In this document: in pieces, positions 1-10,631 of the stretch
Layout: every line of letters begins with the position of its first letter
Numbering within the stretch: position 1 is the first letter of the stretch
Source of the DNA: Albugo candida
Lineage: Eukaryota
Length of the DNA stretch: 64,000 nt
Direction: 5' to 3'
NCBI GenBank assembly: GCA_040437565.1
Contig: JBDOQK010000027.1
Location: 124,001-188,000, forward strand
Made by a program: the position numbers and the translations under genes
The notes under the pieces: generated by a model
Database searches by the model: none
What the model was told of the DNA's origin: nothing
The model's input: the letters and a program-made list of their open reading frames with translations, nothing else

Positions 1-945
1 GCAAGACTGGAAGATGTATCGACACGATCCAATATCCTTCGAGATTACGAGTTTTGCGTTTTGCCAGGGAGGTACCCAACCGAGGATTCCGCATTGACTC
101 GAGACGCTATCATGGCTGCTCTATCAAGCTCCATGAAGAATAAGCTCCTTACCGACTCGGATGTCTCAATGGACTTGACAAAACAACAAGTCGAGCAAAT
201 CATTCACTGTTCTGGCGGCAAACTGGTACAAAATCCTGTGGAAAACTCCACGACGTTTGTGGTGGCACCAAACGCAAAGGGATTAAAATTCGAAAATCTC
301 AAACGTCAAGGGCATTTTGATATTCTCAAGTTGCGATACATCCTTGGATGCATTGCTGTCGATACAATCCTGCCCCTGGGAGCTCGAGATTTTCTATTCG
401 CTACTGAGAGCACCCAAAAAGCATTGGCCAAGAGCTTTGATCGATTCGGAGATCACTACACAGCGCCCATTTCTGTCGACGAATTACGGAACTTGTTGAA
501 AGATATCGAACTCACTCGGAACGTCACAACTGAAACGGAATGCTGGCAAAAACGGATGAAAACAGAGCTCTCCGCTGAGGAGCAACAGGTCATGGAATAC
601 GAATATTCCATTCTTTCCCATTGCGTCGTCTATGTCGATCGCTTCGATAATGTCGGAGATGACACACCGTCTTCGCAGTTGGATGAGTGCGGTTCGCTTG
701 GGCTAGCAGCCCAGCAGCTTCAGCTATATGGGGCTCTTGTCACAAGGAATATCGATACCTCGGTGACGCATATTGTGGTCGATCGATCAAACTCACAACA
801 GCGGGTAGCAAAATTGCGGCCGATCATACAAACGATTCGTCGAGCATGTGTACCTGAGCCTCCGGTGGTCACAATCGATTGGGTGCAAGCTTGCATACAC
901 GATGGAATACAACTCCCTGTCAACTCGTACCAACTCTGCGTTTGA
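1..945 (+). CDS. LIG4: DNA ligase IV, C-terminal part (tandem BRCT domains with XRCC4-binding linker); 5' end lies outside the window
   Basis: Frame is open from base 1 (ARLEDVSTRSNILRDYEFCVLPG...). BRCT1 start 'SNILRDYEFCV', Lig4 linker 'FDRFGDHYTAPISVDELRNLL', BRCT2 'THIVV...VVTIDWVQACI'; stop TGA at 943-945. Confidence 0.85.
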   Translation, partial: ARLEDVSTRSNILRDYEFCVLPGRYPTEDSALTRDAIMAALSSSMKNKLLTDSDVSMDLTKQQVEQIIHCSGGKLVQNPVENSTTFVVAPNAKGLKFENLKRQGHFDILKLRYILGCIAVDTILPLGARDFLFATESTQKALAKSFDRFGDHYTAPISVDELRNLLKDIELTRNVTTETECWQKRMKTELSAEEQQVMEYEYSILSHCVVYVDRFDNVGDDTPSSQLDECGSLGLAAQQLQLYGALVTRNIDTSVTHIVVDRSNSQQRVAKLRPIIQTIRRACVPEPPVVTIDWVQACIHDGIQLPVNSYQLCV

Positions 946-1036
946 TAAAGGACCCAAAGATGAACAACGTTCAAGCAAAACTCTGCCTATTGATCGACAA
1001 ATAAACAGTGGACATCGACTTTGATGCATTTGTTGT

Positions 1037-4000
1037 TCAGTTGGAATCGGCGACTTGTAAAGACTCCAAAGCGCTTTTCAGCGACGATAATGCTTTTCCG
1101 AGTATTTCCAACGACGTTGCGTATGATATACGAATACCGTGTAGGATGCCAAAAGCCGATCCGGGAACAACAGCCGTGTGATATTCCTGCAATAAATATT
1201 TGCAGAAATCATCGCATGACTCGATCAGAGTGCTTGGAGATGCTCGAACACTTGCATATTTACCATCAAAATACCACGAGAAATCCAGGAATACGTAAAA
1301 TGCGGCGGTAGGGTGCACAAAGCGAATATGAGGTAATTCGTTCAAGCATTTGATCACAAAACTGCGTTTCTCATCCATGAGGCTCAAGGTGGAAGTGATA
1401 CGAGGAACGGATGCTGGGTCTTGGACCGCTTCTAGCTCGAGATGCATTGCTTCACAGGCTGCTAATTGACCGACAGAGCTTGCGCCTGAAGTCAACTGAC
1501 CTTGGACTTTGGCACAAGCCTGTACAATGGATTTCGATGCTGCCATATAGCCGAGACGAAGGCCCGGCATCGCATGAGATTTCGAAAAGCCATTGATCAC
1601 AATCGTTCGTTCATACATACCAGGGAGGCTCGCAAAACACTGATGGAGCCGCAAAACATTCTCAGTAGCATCCTGGTAGACAAGTTGTTCATAAATCTCG
1701 TCACTTATCACGACCACATGCTGGAATTGCGGTTTATGCAGCACGTTGGCGATCGCACTGATGTGGTGTGGCTCATGAAGGGTTCCTGCTGGATTACTTG
1801 GATTACAAAGGATCAGAATTCGGATTCGTGGGTTCAGTGTGAGTTTTTCTTCGAGAGCCTCTGGGTCGATGAGGTAGTTGTTCTCGATGGTTGTCTCCAG
1901 TATGATCGGTTCTGCTTGAACGAGCTTCACCATTTCCGGGTAGCTGACCCAGTATGGTGCAGGAATCAGTACCTGGTCACCAGGCTTACACATGCAAAAA
2001 AGAGACTGAAAGACAGACTGTTTTGCACCATTTGAGATCAGAATTTGTGATTCTGGATTGTATTTAACACCTTTGGAAAGTTTCAAGTACTTGGCAATCA
2101 GCTTTCGAAGCTCAAGGACACCTGTCAGTGCTGGATATTTCATCTTGCCATCCTGAAAAGCTTTAGCTCCAGCTGCTAGAACTCTGGCATCGGGAAGAAA
2201 GTCTGGCTCACCAACACACAGTGAGTACACTGTCTTTCCTTCCGCTTCGAGCTGTTTTGTGATACCATGAATGACGACAGTCTGAGCTGCTTTTACCTTA
2301 TTTAAAAGAGGATTCGTGGGACCATAGAAACGAGTCGACGATGAAGATTCTTTCGACATCTTGGCTGGACCTCTAAGCAGCTTCTCGATATCTTCCAAGG
2401 AGTGCTTGAACTGCTGAATCTGACGTTCCGAATTTGGATTAAACATGTACAGTCCTCGAAACAAATCCAAACTATCTTTGCAAGTGTCGTCCACCAGCCG
2501 GACGAGGCTTTTGTAACCACGAGTATCGAGACAAGTATGTCCAAGTCCCTGAACTCCAAGGATACGACCCGTAAGATGTGTGAGGAATTGGGTGCTGGCA
2601 GCAATCTCATCGTGAAGCTCGCATGTCATTTCCAGCATTCGGCACATTTCGGTCTCAAATACACGCAGAAAGCTACTGATGGCAGCATCATGCTCTGGCG
2701 ATACCACACGTACTTTATCAAACATCATCGGAAGAGATCGCCATGAATACTTCCCGCTTTCTGGACCAAACATTGGATGCGTGCAGAGTATACTGCATGA
2801 GCTCGGTGCGTGTTCCATCATGATTCTCTTTGGATGCGTTTTGACAGATAACACATCTACCAAGACAATGTCCTCGAGCAATGAAGGGGATATTGAATGG
2901 AGCACGCTCTCAAACGATAAAATACTGACTGAGAGTATGAGAATATCAATTCCTTTCAGGAACCTTTCAATCTCACTTTGATTACTGCAAGGATAGAAGA
3001 TCGCGCCCATATCTCGAGCTTGGGCGCTGTAGTCCCCACGTGAAGTCACTTGGATGTGGTGATACTTTGCGAGTGTCTTGGTCAAGAATTGCCCAAAATT
3101 ACCAAATCCGTACACACCAATTCGAAGCTTTCGCAAAGGTCCACTCGAATTTGCTCGAGTCAATGCATTACCGTGATCATTTATGCTGCAGCCAGCCGCA
3201 AGAAGTTGTTGCCGGACGCATGATGATAATCCTCCATGAGTTGGATACGATCCCAGAACGCGAACAAAATGACATATTTCACGCACGTGGCGCAGAGCAT
3301 TCACAATATTTTCATCCTGTTCATGACCGATTACATCCGTGTAAAATAGATACTTGTATTTCCGGCGATCTGGCGCATCGAGATTTGCTCCATTGGATGC
3401 TAACAATCGCTGAGTCGCAGTATATCCCCACGGACGACTCTCAATCTTACAAAGATCGATCTCACGCAAGGAAAATGCGCTTAAAACTTTATATAATTGC
3501 CCTTGCTTGTTATCATCCGCAAAAGAGAACACAAGGGATGTCTTAAACTCCGTTTCGGGAACCTCCGCTTCACGTATTGCTCTCTGATTTGGTGTCATTT
3601 GCTTTGTGAGCAGTAGGAATCGAGTGAAATTACCAGCATCATCCTCGATATTCCTCTCGAGTACGGTAAGGCCATACGTTTCCGCAGCAAGATCGCTGGC
3701 AATAGCAGCGGTATCCATCATTCGATGCTGCGCAACTTTTTTAGCGCTACCGGCTGTATCGTACTCGGCGCATGGGACAACATCGTCATTCAATGTGGAG
3801 ATATAGTGCGCACACTGAGCGAGTGCTTGCGGATGGCTTATAACAGACTTTATGTGCTCTTTCGTGACGCCCGGCATCGCCAAAAGACAATGTTCTACGC
3901 GAAGATCATACTCTCCAACGATTACCAAATCGTACTTTAGTAAAAGATCGTAATTCGCGTGGATACTTCCTCCAAGACTGTTCTCAATGGGAAGAACGGC

Positions 4001-4156
4001 AAAATCCATCTCGCCTATTTGAACTGCTTCAAATGTCTTCTCAAAGGTGGGATACCCGGTTGCGGTTACATAGGGAGAAGGGCCCAATGATTCTCGTATT
4101 GCCTTCTCCGAAAACGCACCCGATACGCCCTGATACGACACATTTACTGGCTTCAT
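1037..4156 (-). CDS. Trifunctional prephenate/arogenate dehydratase (+ACT) - arogenate/prephenate dehydrogenase (TyrA) - class Ib aspartate/prephenate aminotransferase
   Basis: Single intronless ORF, first ATG at 4156 (~1039 aa). PDT motifs 'YQGVSGAFSE', 'PIENS', 'SHPQALAQC', 'NFTRF'; ACT 'KIESRP'; TyrA 'GVYGFGNFGQ', 'DVLSVK', 'HPMFGP', 'CELHDEIAASTQFLTH'; PLP aminotransferase 'GEPDF', 'NGAKQS', 'NPSNPAG', 'SDEIY', 'NGFSKSHAMPGLRLG'. Confidence 0.95.
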   Translation of the reverse strand: MKPVNVSYQGVSGAFSEKAIRESLGPSPYVTATGYPTFEKTFEAVQIGEMDFAVLPIENSLGGSIHANYDLLLKYDLVIVGEYDLRVEHCLLAMPGVTKEHIKSVISHPQALAQCAHYISTLNDDVVPCAEYDTAGSAKKVAQHRMMDTAAIASDLAAETYGLTVLERNIEDDAGNFTRFLLLTKQMTPNQRAIREAEVPETEFKTSLVFSFADDNKQGQLYKVLSAFSLREIDLCKIESRPWGYTATQRLLASNGANLDAPDRRKYKYLFYTDVIGHEQDENIVNALRHVREICHFVRVLGSYPTHGGLSSCVRQQLLAAGCSINDHGNALTRANSSGPLRKLRIGVYGFGNFGQFLTKTLAKYHHIQVTSRGDYSAQARDMGAIFYPCSNQSEIERFLKGIDILILSVSILSFESVLHSISPSLLEDIVLVDVLSVKTHPKRIMMEHAPSSCSILCTHPMFGPESGKYSWRSLPMMFDKVRVVSPEHDAAISSFLRVFETEMCRMLEMTCELHDEIAASTQFLTHLTGRILGVQGLGHTCLDTRGYKSLVRLVDDTCKDSLDLFRGLYMFNPNSERQIQQFKHSLEDIEKLLRGPAKMSKESSSSTRFYGPTNPLLNKVKAAQTVVIHGITKQLEAEGKTVYSLCVGEPDFLPDARVLAAGAKAFQDGKMKYPALTGVLELRKLIAKYLKLSKGVKYNPESQILISNGAKQSVFQSLFCMCKPGDQVLIPAPYWVSYPEMVKLVQAEPIILETTIENNYLIDPEALEEKLTLNPRIRILILCNPSNPAGTLHEPHHISAIANVLHKPQFQHVVVISDEIYEQLVYQDATENVLRLHQCFASLPGMYERTIVINGFSKSHAMPGLRLGYMAASKSIVQACAKVQGQLTSGASSVGQLAACEAMHLELEAVQDPASVPRITSTLSLMDEKRSFVIKCLNELPHIRFVHPTAAFYVFLDFSWYFDGKYASVRASPSTLIESCDDFCKYLLQEYHTAVVPGSAFGILHGIRISYATSLEILGKALSSLKSALESLQVADSN

Positions 4157-4348
4157 TTTGTCAGTTGAATGGTTCCAATTTATCGAATAGTTTGAACGAT
4201 TCGGAGGCCCAAAAGGGGACACTTTAATTGGGTTTTTCTATTAGAATTGATACTTATCCAAACCAATAAAAAGCAGTTCCTTTGTCTCCAGAGCGTATTT
4301 GTCAAATTGCGAAAATAGCCAGCTAGGAAGACAGCGTGTAAGTCACTT

Positions 4349-6578
4349 TTAGTGCTTTTTGTGCTGTTTGGATGAGATCAGTTTCGATGGAAGCAGAGAA
4401 GGCGGAATCACGACGGAAGGATGGTGGTACTTAATTTCCTGGACCATGCGGATGCGGATCTCGGCAACAGTGAGCTTTTTCTCATCAAAATCCAGCTGAA
4501 TCGTTCCAGGAGCGATAATTTCCTCTTCGAGCGAGCGAATACTGGCGAGATATTTGTGGGACAAAGCCTCATCCAGCGTAGCTCGTTTGCGTGGGTTCAT
4601 TTGTAGCATCCACGTCAATAATTGTATCGCCTCAGGCTCCGCTCCAGGATACATTTCTTGCAGATTTTTTCGAGCACGAGGTGGTAATCCGCGAAGGTAC
4701 GCCTGCACTTCGGGATTTGCGATTTCCGCGATATCTTCTTCTTCCATCGTACCAAATACATTCAGAATTGTATTCAATTGATCTCTTGAATCTTGAGGTA
4801 GCGCTGTTTGGCCTGCTCCAGGACTAAGTGGAAAGCATGAAACACCCGGAAACAGTGGCTCTCGGTGATAATGTGATGGCACACTGCTCTTTTGCATGCT
4901 TAAAAGCTCAGCGAATATACAGCCAATCTACATTCATAGTTAGTAAAATTCACATAGACCCATTCCTCTAGGAAATACATACCGACCACACGTCGATCGC
5001 TGCAGAGTAATCATGATCACGAAAGATAATCTCAGGAGCCCGATACCATCGAGTCACGACATGTTCTGTCAGTTGTCGTTCAATACGACGAGCCGGGGTG
5101 CGCGGATGCACACCTGCTCCTTCGAATGCCCCACGATCGTCATCCGACTCTTCCGCTCGTTTTCGCTTCTTTGCAATTACAGTACTGCTCTGCTTGCTTG
5201 CTAATCCACGCGCGAGACCGAAATCACAGATTTTGATTGCAACCGGTGATAAATTAAGTAAGATGTTTGCTGGCTTGAGGTCGCGATGAATGATCTCAGC
5301 AGAATGCATGTACTTGAGAGCTTTAAGTAAGTCCAGAAGCAACCAACGCAAATGCTCTGCACTCAAAAACTGTGGGGAGTGGAGCAGCTTTTCCAAATCC
5401 GACGGCAAGTACTCAAAGACAACAAACAGATCCTGAAATGCGATAAAGTCAGCCGGAGCGATGATTTCACGTATTTGAACAATATTCGGGTGGCGCAATT
5501 GACGCAGAATGCAAAGCTCACGTAAAATTCGCTTGGCATCGATTGGATCCGAAAACACATTCTGTATCTTCTTTATGGCAACAACTTCCCCTGTTGGTAA
5601 ATGTTTGCAGCGAACTACTTGACCATAACTTCCCTGTCCTAACACACACTCGATCGAATAATTGGGCGCGATTTCTGCCCATCCGGGTACCTTCAATGCA
5701 TTTGATGTCAACACCGGCGGCGGAAGATTCGGTACAGAAGCTATGAACTGTGAAGTTGCTGCTGGAAACACATTTTGTGAAGGCACTGGTGGTGCAGCAG
5801 GAAAGATCGTCGTCGTCGGTACTTTAGGGAGCCTCATGACATTGGAAGTAACACTGTCATTCGGGATAGTTGGAACATCATATGGTTTACTAATTTCAAT
5901 GCCAGAAACCAGCATCCCTCCTCCGATTGGATTGGCTAGCAATGGTGCACAGGTGCTTAGAACTTTGACACATGTTCCCTCACGGGTTCGAAAATCCAAT
6001 GTCAGCCCCGTTACCGGTACCCGCTGCTGCTGACAAGTATTCATGCTGTCTTTCAAAGCCTTTGCTGTGTCAAACGATATCATAAAATGCATGTCTTGAG
6101 TGATATTACAGCCAGCAATTTGCTCCCTCCCATAGCCAGTCACTTTTTCTGCCGCATCATTCCACAATATCACTCGCATAGACGCATCGAGAACGAAAAC
6201 AACCGCTGAAGAAGCATAAAGCGACTTCCCGATACTCGCCAAGCTTGTCATGGTCTCGCAGTACGAATCGATCGCATCCATGAAAGATTGTAGAACATTA
6301 CCGTCTGACGCGTGCTCAAGCTGAAGACCAACTGTACGCTTCATTATGTGCCGTACAGAACTCATAGGCTTTGTCTTCCCTAAACTATTATCGTGCTCAT
6401 CCTCATTTGATACATTATTAGCGACATTTGTGGTCCCTGGTAAAGAGGGTACACACTGTATCGCGCTATTTGGATCCTTCGTAGGGTCATTTGGTGTGAC
6501 TAATTGAAAAGAAGAGCCTCGATTCATAGTAGTAACGTGATCAGAGAACGTTACTGTAGCATGCCGACTCCCTTGCAT
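4349..6578 (-). CDS. MAP kinase with N-terminal PAS domain and atypical TEH activation motif; 2 exons (6578-4983, 4927-4349)
   Basis: PAS 'VFVLDASMRVILWNDAAEKVTGYGREQIAG'; kinase 'LGQGSYGQV', 'VAIKKI', 'DAKRILRE', 'HRDLKPAN', 'ICDFGLAR', 'LTEHVVTRWYRAPE'. A 55-bp GT..AG intron (4928-4982) joins 'IDVWS' to 'IGCIFAELL'. Confidence 0.93.
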
Positions 6579-6721
6579 CGCTCGGAGGCTCGAAATGGCA
6601 ATGCTGTTGTCGAAATAATCTATTTTTATTGAGTAGGGGAATGTTTCTACACGCAGCTGTCTACGAAAGCATGATGAGCATCACTAGAATAATGTACACT
6701 ACTTATATTCTGGGTGTGAAT

Positions 6722-7422
6722 ATGACAAGTGCTGCAACGAAATCGAGTGTTAAACGTCTATGCCGGTCGCGGACTCAGTATGTATTATGGAATCAGAAGA
6801 AAGTCACTGCATTCAGTACGATCTGTCAAAGTCAAAAAGCTGATTTAATTTCTGTACTGCGATTCGTATAAGGCGTTAAAGTATACAAACTCATCAGCAA
6901 AGTTGACCGAGAAATCAACATCTTAGCGATGAGTATCTGACGGTAAATGCGCAGATTCCAAAGGGGAAAGTTGCAACGTATGGGAAAATTGCAAGGATGC
7001 TTCACTCAAGCCCACGAAGTGTAGGTCAAGCCTTGAAGGTATGTGGTGTATCTAATCGTCTTATTGCGTCAATCTTATTCGCGATATAATAGAGGAATCC
7101 ATTTGCACCGGTGATCCCTTGTCATCGCGTAATTGCTAGCGACGGGAAAATAGGAGGATTCCAAGGTGCGTTCATGTGTGTAGACTTTTATTTTTCACAT
7201 AATTCTTGTTGCAGGAAGTATTGATGTGACTTCAGCTTCGGTCTCGCAAAAGCGGCGACTCTTGATTTCAGAGGGTGTTGTGTTCAAGCAAGAGTACCAG
7301 GTTTGAAAGCATACTAAACTTGAATGGCGACTGAAAGGCAGAGTGCGTAGGTAGATCCAATTTGTATGCACACTTTTCAAGGTGAATCATTTGATTGTAA
7401 CATGGACGCACAAGTTCTTTGA
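6722..7422 (+). CDS. MGMT: Methylated-DNA--protein-cysteine S-methyltransferase (O6-alkylguanine DNA alkyltransferase), multi-exon; missed by the ORF track
   Basis: Spliced reading gives 'IPKGKVATYGKIARMLHSSPRSVGQALK|RNPFAPVIPCHRVIASDGKIGGFQ|G...KRRLLISEGV', with the PCHR active-site motif at ~7116-7127. Several short GT..AG introns; the first and last exons are inferred. Confidence 0.85.
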
Positions 7423-7497
7423 TTTCAAATCTTTATGAATAAATTAAAGACCTCACAGAGACAAATAGCAATAATTCGATAAATCTCGTAAATTTTT

Positions 7498-8422
7498 TTA
7501 ATACATTGACTCATCGGCTGAGAGATAGCGCCACTTACCGACTGGTAATGAGCCTAATCGGATGTTACCAATACGCACACGTTTAAGCGCGATGACTTTG
7601 ATACCTACGGCTTCACACATGTATCGGATATGGCGCTTCTTGCCTTCCGTCAAAATAAACTGCAGCTGGTTTGCATTCAACATACGAACAGAACTTGCTC
7701 TGTAGCTAGTATCGTTCCAGATGACACCGTTGCGCAACTTGGAAATTATAGCATCTGTCTGTTTTGTATCCCTTTCTAGATCCATATCAACCCGAACGAG
7801 GTATTCTTTCGTAACACCTCCATTCGGATCCAGAATCTGCTTTGCCAGAACTCCTACATATAGTAAGGTCGAACTTTGTAACACTTTATTTACTGACACA
7901 GATGATGCAAGTACCATCTTGTGTGAAAAGGAGCAATCCTGTGGAATTTATATCCAAACGCCCACACACTGCCAATTTGCTTAGACTCTTAGGTTCTTTT
8001 TCATTTCGCTCAAATGGTAACTGGAAACCATTTTTGAAAGATAGCAGCTTTATAGCAGGCTTCCGCATCGGCTCAGGCTGTGATGAGACGTACCCGAGCG
8101 GTTTATTGAGTACGATGGACACTTTCTCCTTCTTAGCTTCCCGTGCTTCTAAAGACAATTCCACATGGCTGTCGCGAGGGATCTTGACCCATTCTTGCTG
8201 GATCTACCGGATGCAACTGAGCATCGATACACAAGTGTCACATGAGGACTCTACCTGCTCTCCATTCACGTAAACATGTCCAGCGCTAATATATCGCTCC
8301 GCTTCGCGACGAGAACAGAGGTTTTGCTGTACCATCAGCTTTGATAATCGAATGAGATTAGCCCACGAACAAAAATTGCGATTGGCATCCCCAAATACTC
8401 GACGACGCACATAACTATTCAT
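7498..8422 (-). CDS. RsuA/RluB/RluF-family RNA pseudouridine synthase with S4 domain; about 3 exons
   Basis: S4 'IRLSKLMVQQNLCSRREAERYI...VYVNG'; 'LNKPLGYVSS'; catalytic 'CGRLDINSTGLLLFTQDG'; 'KEYLVRV'; 'LTEGKKRHIRYMC', 'LKRVRIG...LPVGKWRYL'. The start codon is uncertain (8422 or slightly upstream). Confidence 0.9.
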
Positions 8423-8519
8423 TCGACGTTCATGGATGTGTGTGCACACCCTAAATTCGGCATGCAGGATTCCTTAGTATTCCATTCGACTACTTCATGA
8501 GGTAAAGTCTTATAATATT

Positions 8520-10538
8520 ATGTCGCAGAATAATCAGTCACCGTCGCTGCGCAGCAATCGTAGTTGGAGGAAGAATACACAGAGGCGAAATTGGAATGAT
8601 GATGTGAGTTATTTTCGTTTATTGAGGCTGTATGTGAATCATCTAAATAGCTTCTTAGAATCAAGAAGATTCAAGATGGACTCGTCGAGGTGTTCCAGCC
8701 AATTATTTGCTGAACTTTAGCCTACCGGAGCGTCAAAATTCGTTCGATACACGAAAATATGGAAAGAAGGTCGTTGCTACGAGAACACAAAAAGAATTCT
8801 TACACGCCAAGTACATGATCGCTTCCATTGACGTATGACTTCTAATCCTAAATCTATGTAGTTTTCGATTTGTCATCGCCAATGTACAAAGCGACGAGTC
8901 CCACAGATTACTGGAAGATCTCGTCGAATGTGTGTATAGTTTAAGAAGTTGAGCTAGCAGTGTTTCACATTGTGTATTTACAGGGAAAAATGTCAAGCAA
9001 GTCAAAGTATGGCAAAAGATAGAAGACTCAACGCAGTGTCCGATTTGCCTGGATGAGCTCCGGCTACCGAGAACAACGCGGTGTGGACACATATTCTGGT
9101 ACATCCATAGCCGATCATAGGACCCAGTGATTCATATTTCAGCTAATATCTCCTTTTTAGCTGGCCTTGTATATTGCACTATCTGTCACTAAGTGATAAA
9201 TATTGGACGAGATGCCCAATGTGCTTTGAGTGTGTCGAGAAAAATCACTTGCGCGCGGTCGAAATAGAAATTGTTGCTTTCCCACCCGTTGTTGGCTCAA
9301 CTGCAAATTTCAAATTTCTCCAGCGCCCCAAAATAGATATACTGTCTTCATATCGGCAGATAGATCACTGTAAACCAAGCAAAAAGAGAATGCTGGCTAC
9401 AATTCCAAGTGTGTATGACCCCAACAGCAAATTCTCTCGAGTCATGCAAGCACCCAGGGAGTATTTCATTCAATTATTAGTCAAGGATCTACAACAGCTT
9501 AGGTCACTAGCGGATGAATCAAGGAGCTGTGGGGAAGTTAACGAGCTTCCGTTTATAGAAGAAGCGATCCTTTATACGACAAGCCGTTTAGACAGCGTCG
9601 AAGTTATGCAAGATGGGGATGAACCAACGCAAATGGAAGACATAAATAATGCGGAAGGCAAGAAGGATGTGCTCTATTCGTGGTATCAGCTGGAAAATGG
9701 AACTTATGTTGTACTCCATCCTGTCAACATGAAATGTCTACTCAAAGAAGCGCTTCTGCAAAGTGAATGGAAGAATAAAATAAGCGAGAGAAATGGCGAT
9801 TTCGATGTAAAATCGTCTAGCGAGATGGCAGAATACGCCTTAACGTCCGTTGCATGTGGTGCGGGTAACAGCACACAACACGATGCTCTACCGGATGCTG
9901 TACAGGGAGAAGTATTGTGCGTTGAACATCGAGTGATGGACGATGAATCACAAAGGCGGTATCGATTTTTGAGCCATCTACCAAAGTACTGCGATTTTTA
10001 CCTCTGCGAACTTAATTTGTCTCATTATCTGTCTAAAAAAACATTGCAATCATCAAAAAAGGAACTTGCAACTCGAAGACGTCAACGTGAAGCGAAGAAA
10101 AAACTGCTTGATGAGCAGCTTGATGGCGATGAAGTTATCCACGCATTACCATATACCAGCACCTTTACCAATGATTTGATTCCATCTATTTCGCCAAGGG
10201 GAGCAGAAGAATTAAAGGTATCAAATTTGGTGGACGAGTTTGATGAATTGCGTCTACAGAATACACGAATTACTCAGACATCGGACGACACTTCCAGTTC
10301 TTATGCTACAATCACACGCAATTCTGGTTACTTTCCAGCGTTAGAGGGAAGTACACCTCAAGCTTCAGCATCAGCTCCGGCATTTGAGCAACCAATAGTT
10401 CCATGGGGACGAAGTCGGGAGGCAACTCATGAAGTACATGGGCATACACCAAGTGAAATCGGACATAAGAAAATGAAAGGAAAGAGAAAGAATTGTAAAG
10501 AAGTGTTTTCGACAAGTCAGAGACGATCATATCGATAG
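8520..10538 (+). CDS. RNF10: RING finger protein, RNF10/Mag2-like E3 ligase; multi-exon
   Basis: Spliced C3HC4 RING 'CPICLDELRLPRTTRCGHIF|CWPCILHYLSLSDKYWTRCPMC'; 'YQLENGTYVVLHPVNMKCL'; 'RRYRFLSHLP...FYLCEL'; ends 'FSTSQRRSYR'. Confidence 0.8.
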
Positions 10539-10631
10539 GAAGCACAACTTGGGATATAACATTCCCAAAACTCCTATTTGTATAAAATCCGATATTAGGC
10601 ATTGTGGTGCATGATGTTTATCTCGCGTTGC

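Noticed and set aside
1-10538. DNA/RNA repair gene cluster (LIG4, MGMT, pseudouridine synthase, RNF10)
   Set aside because: The genes are functionally unrelated and interspersed with others; chance adjacency in a compact genome is sufficient.
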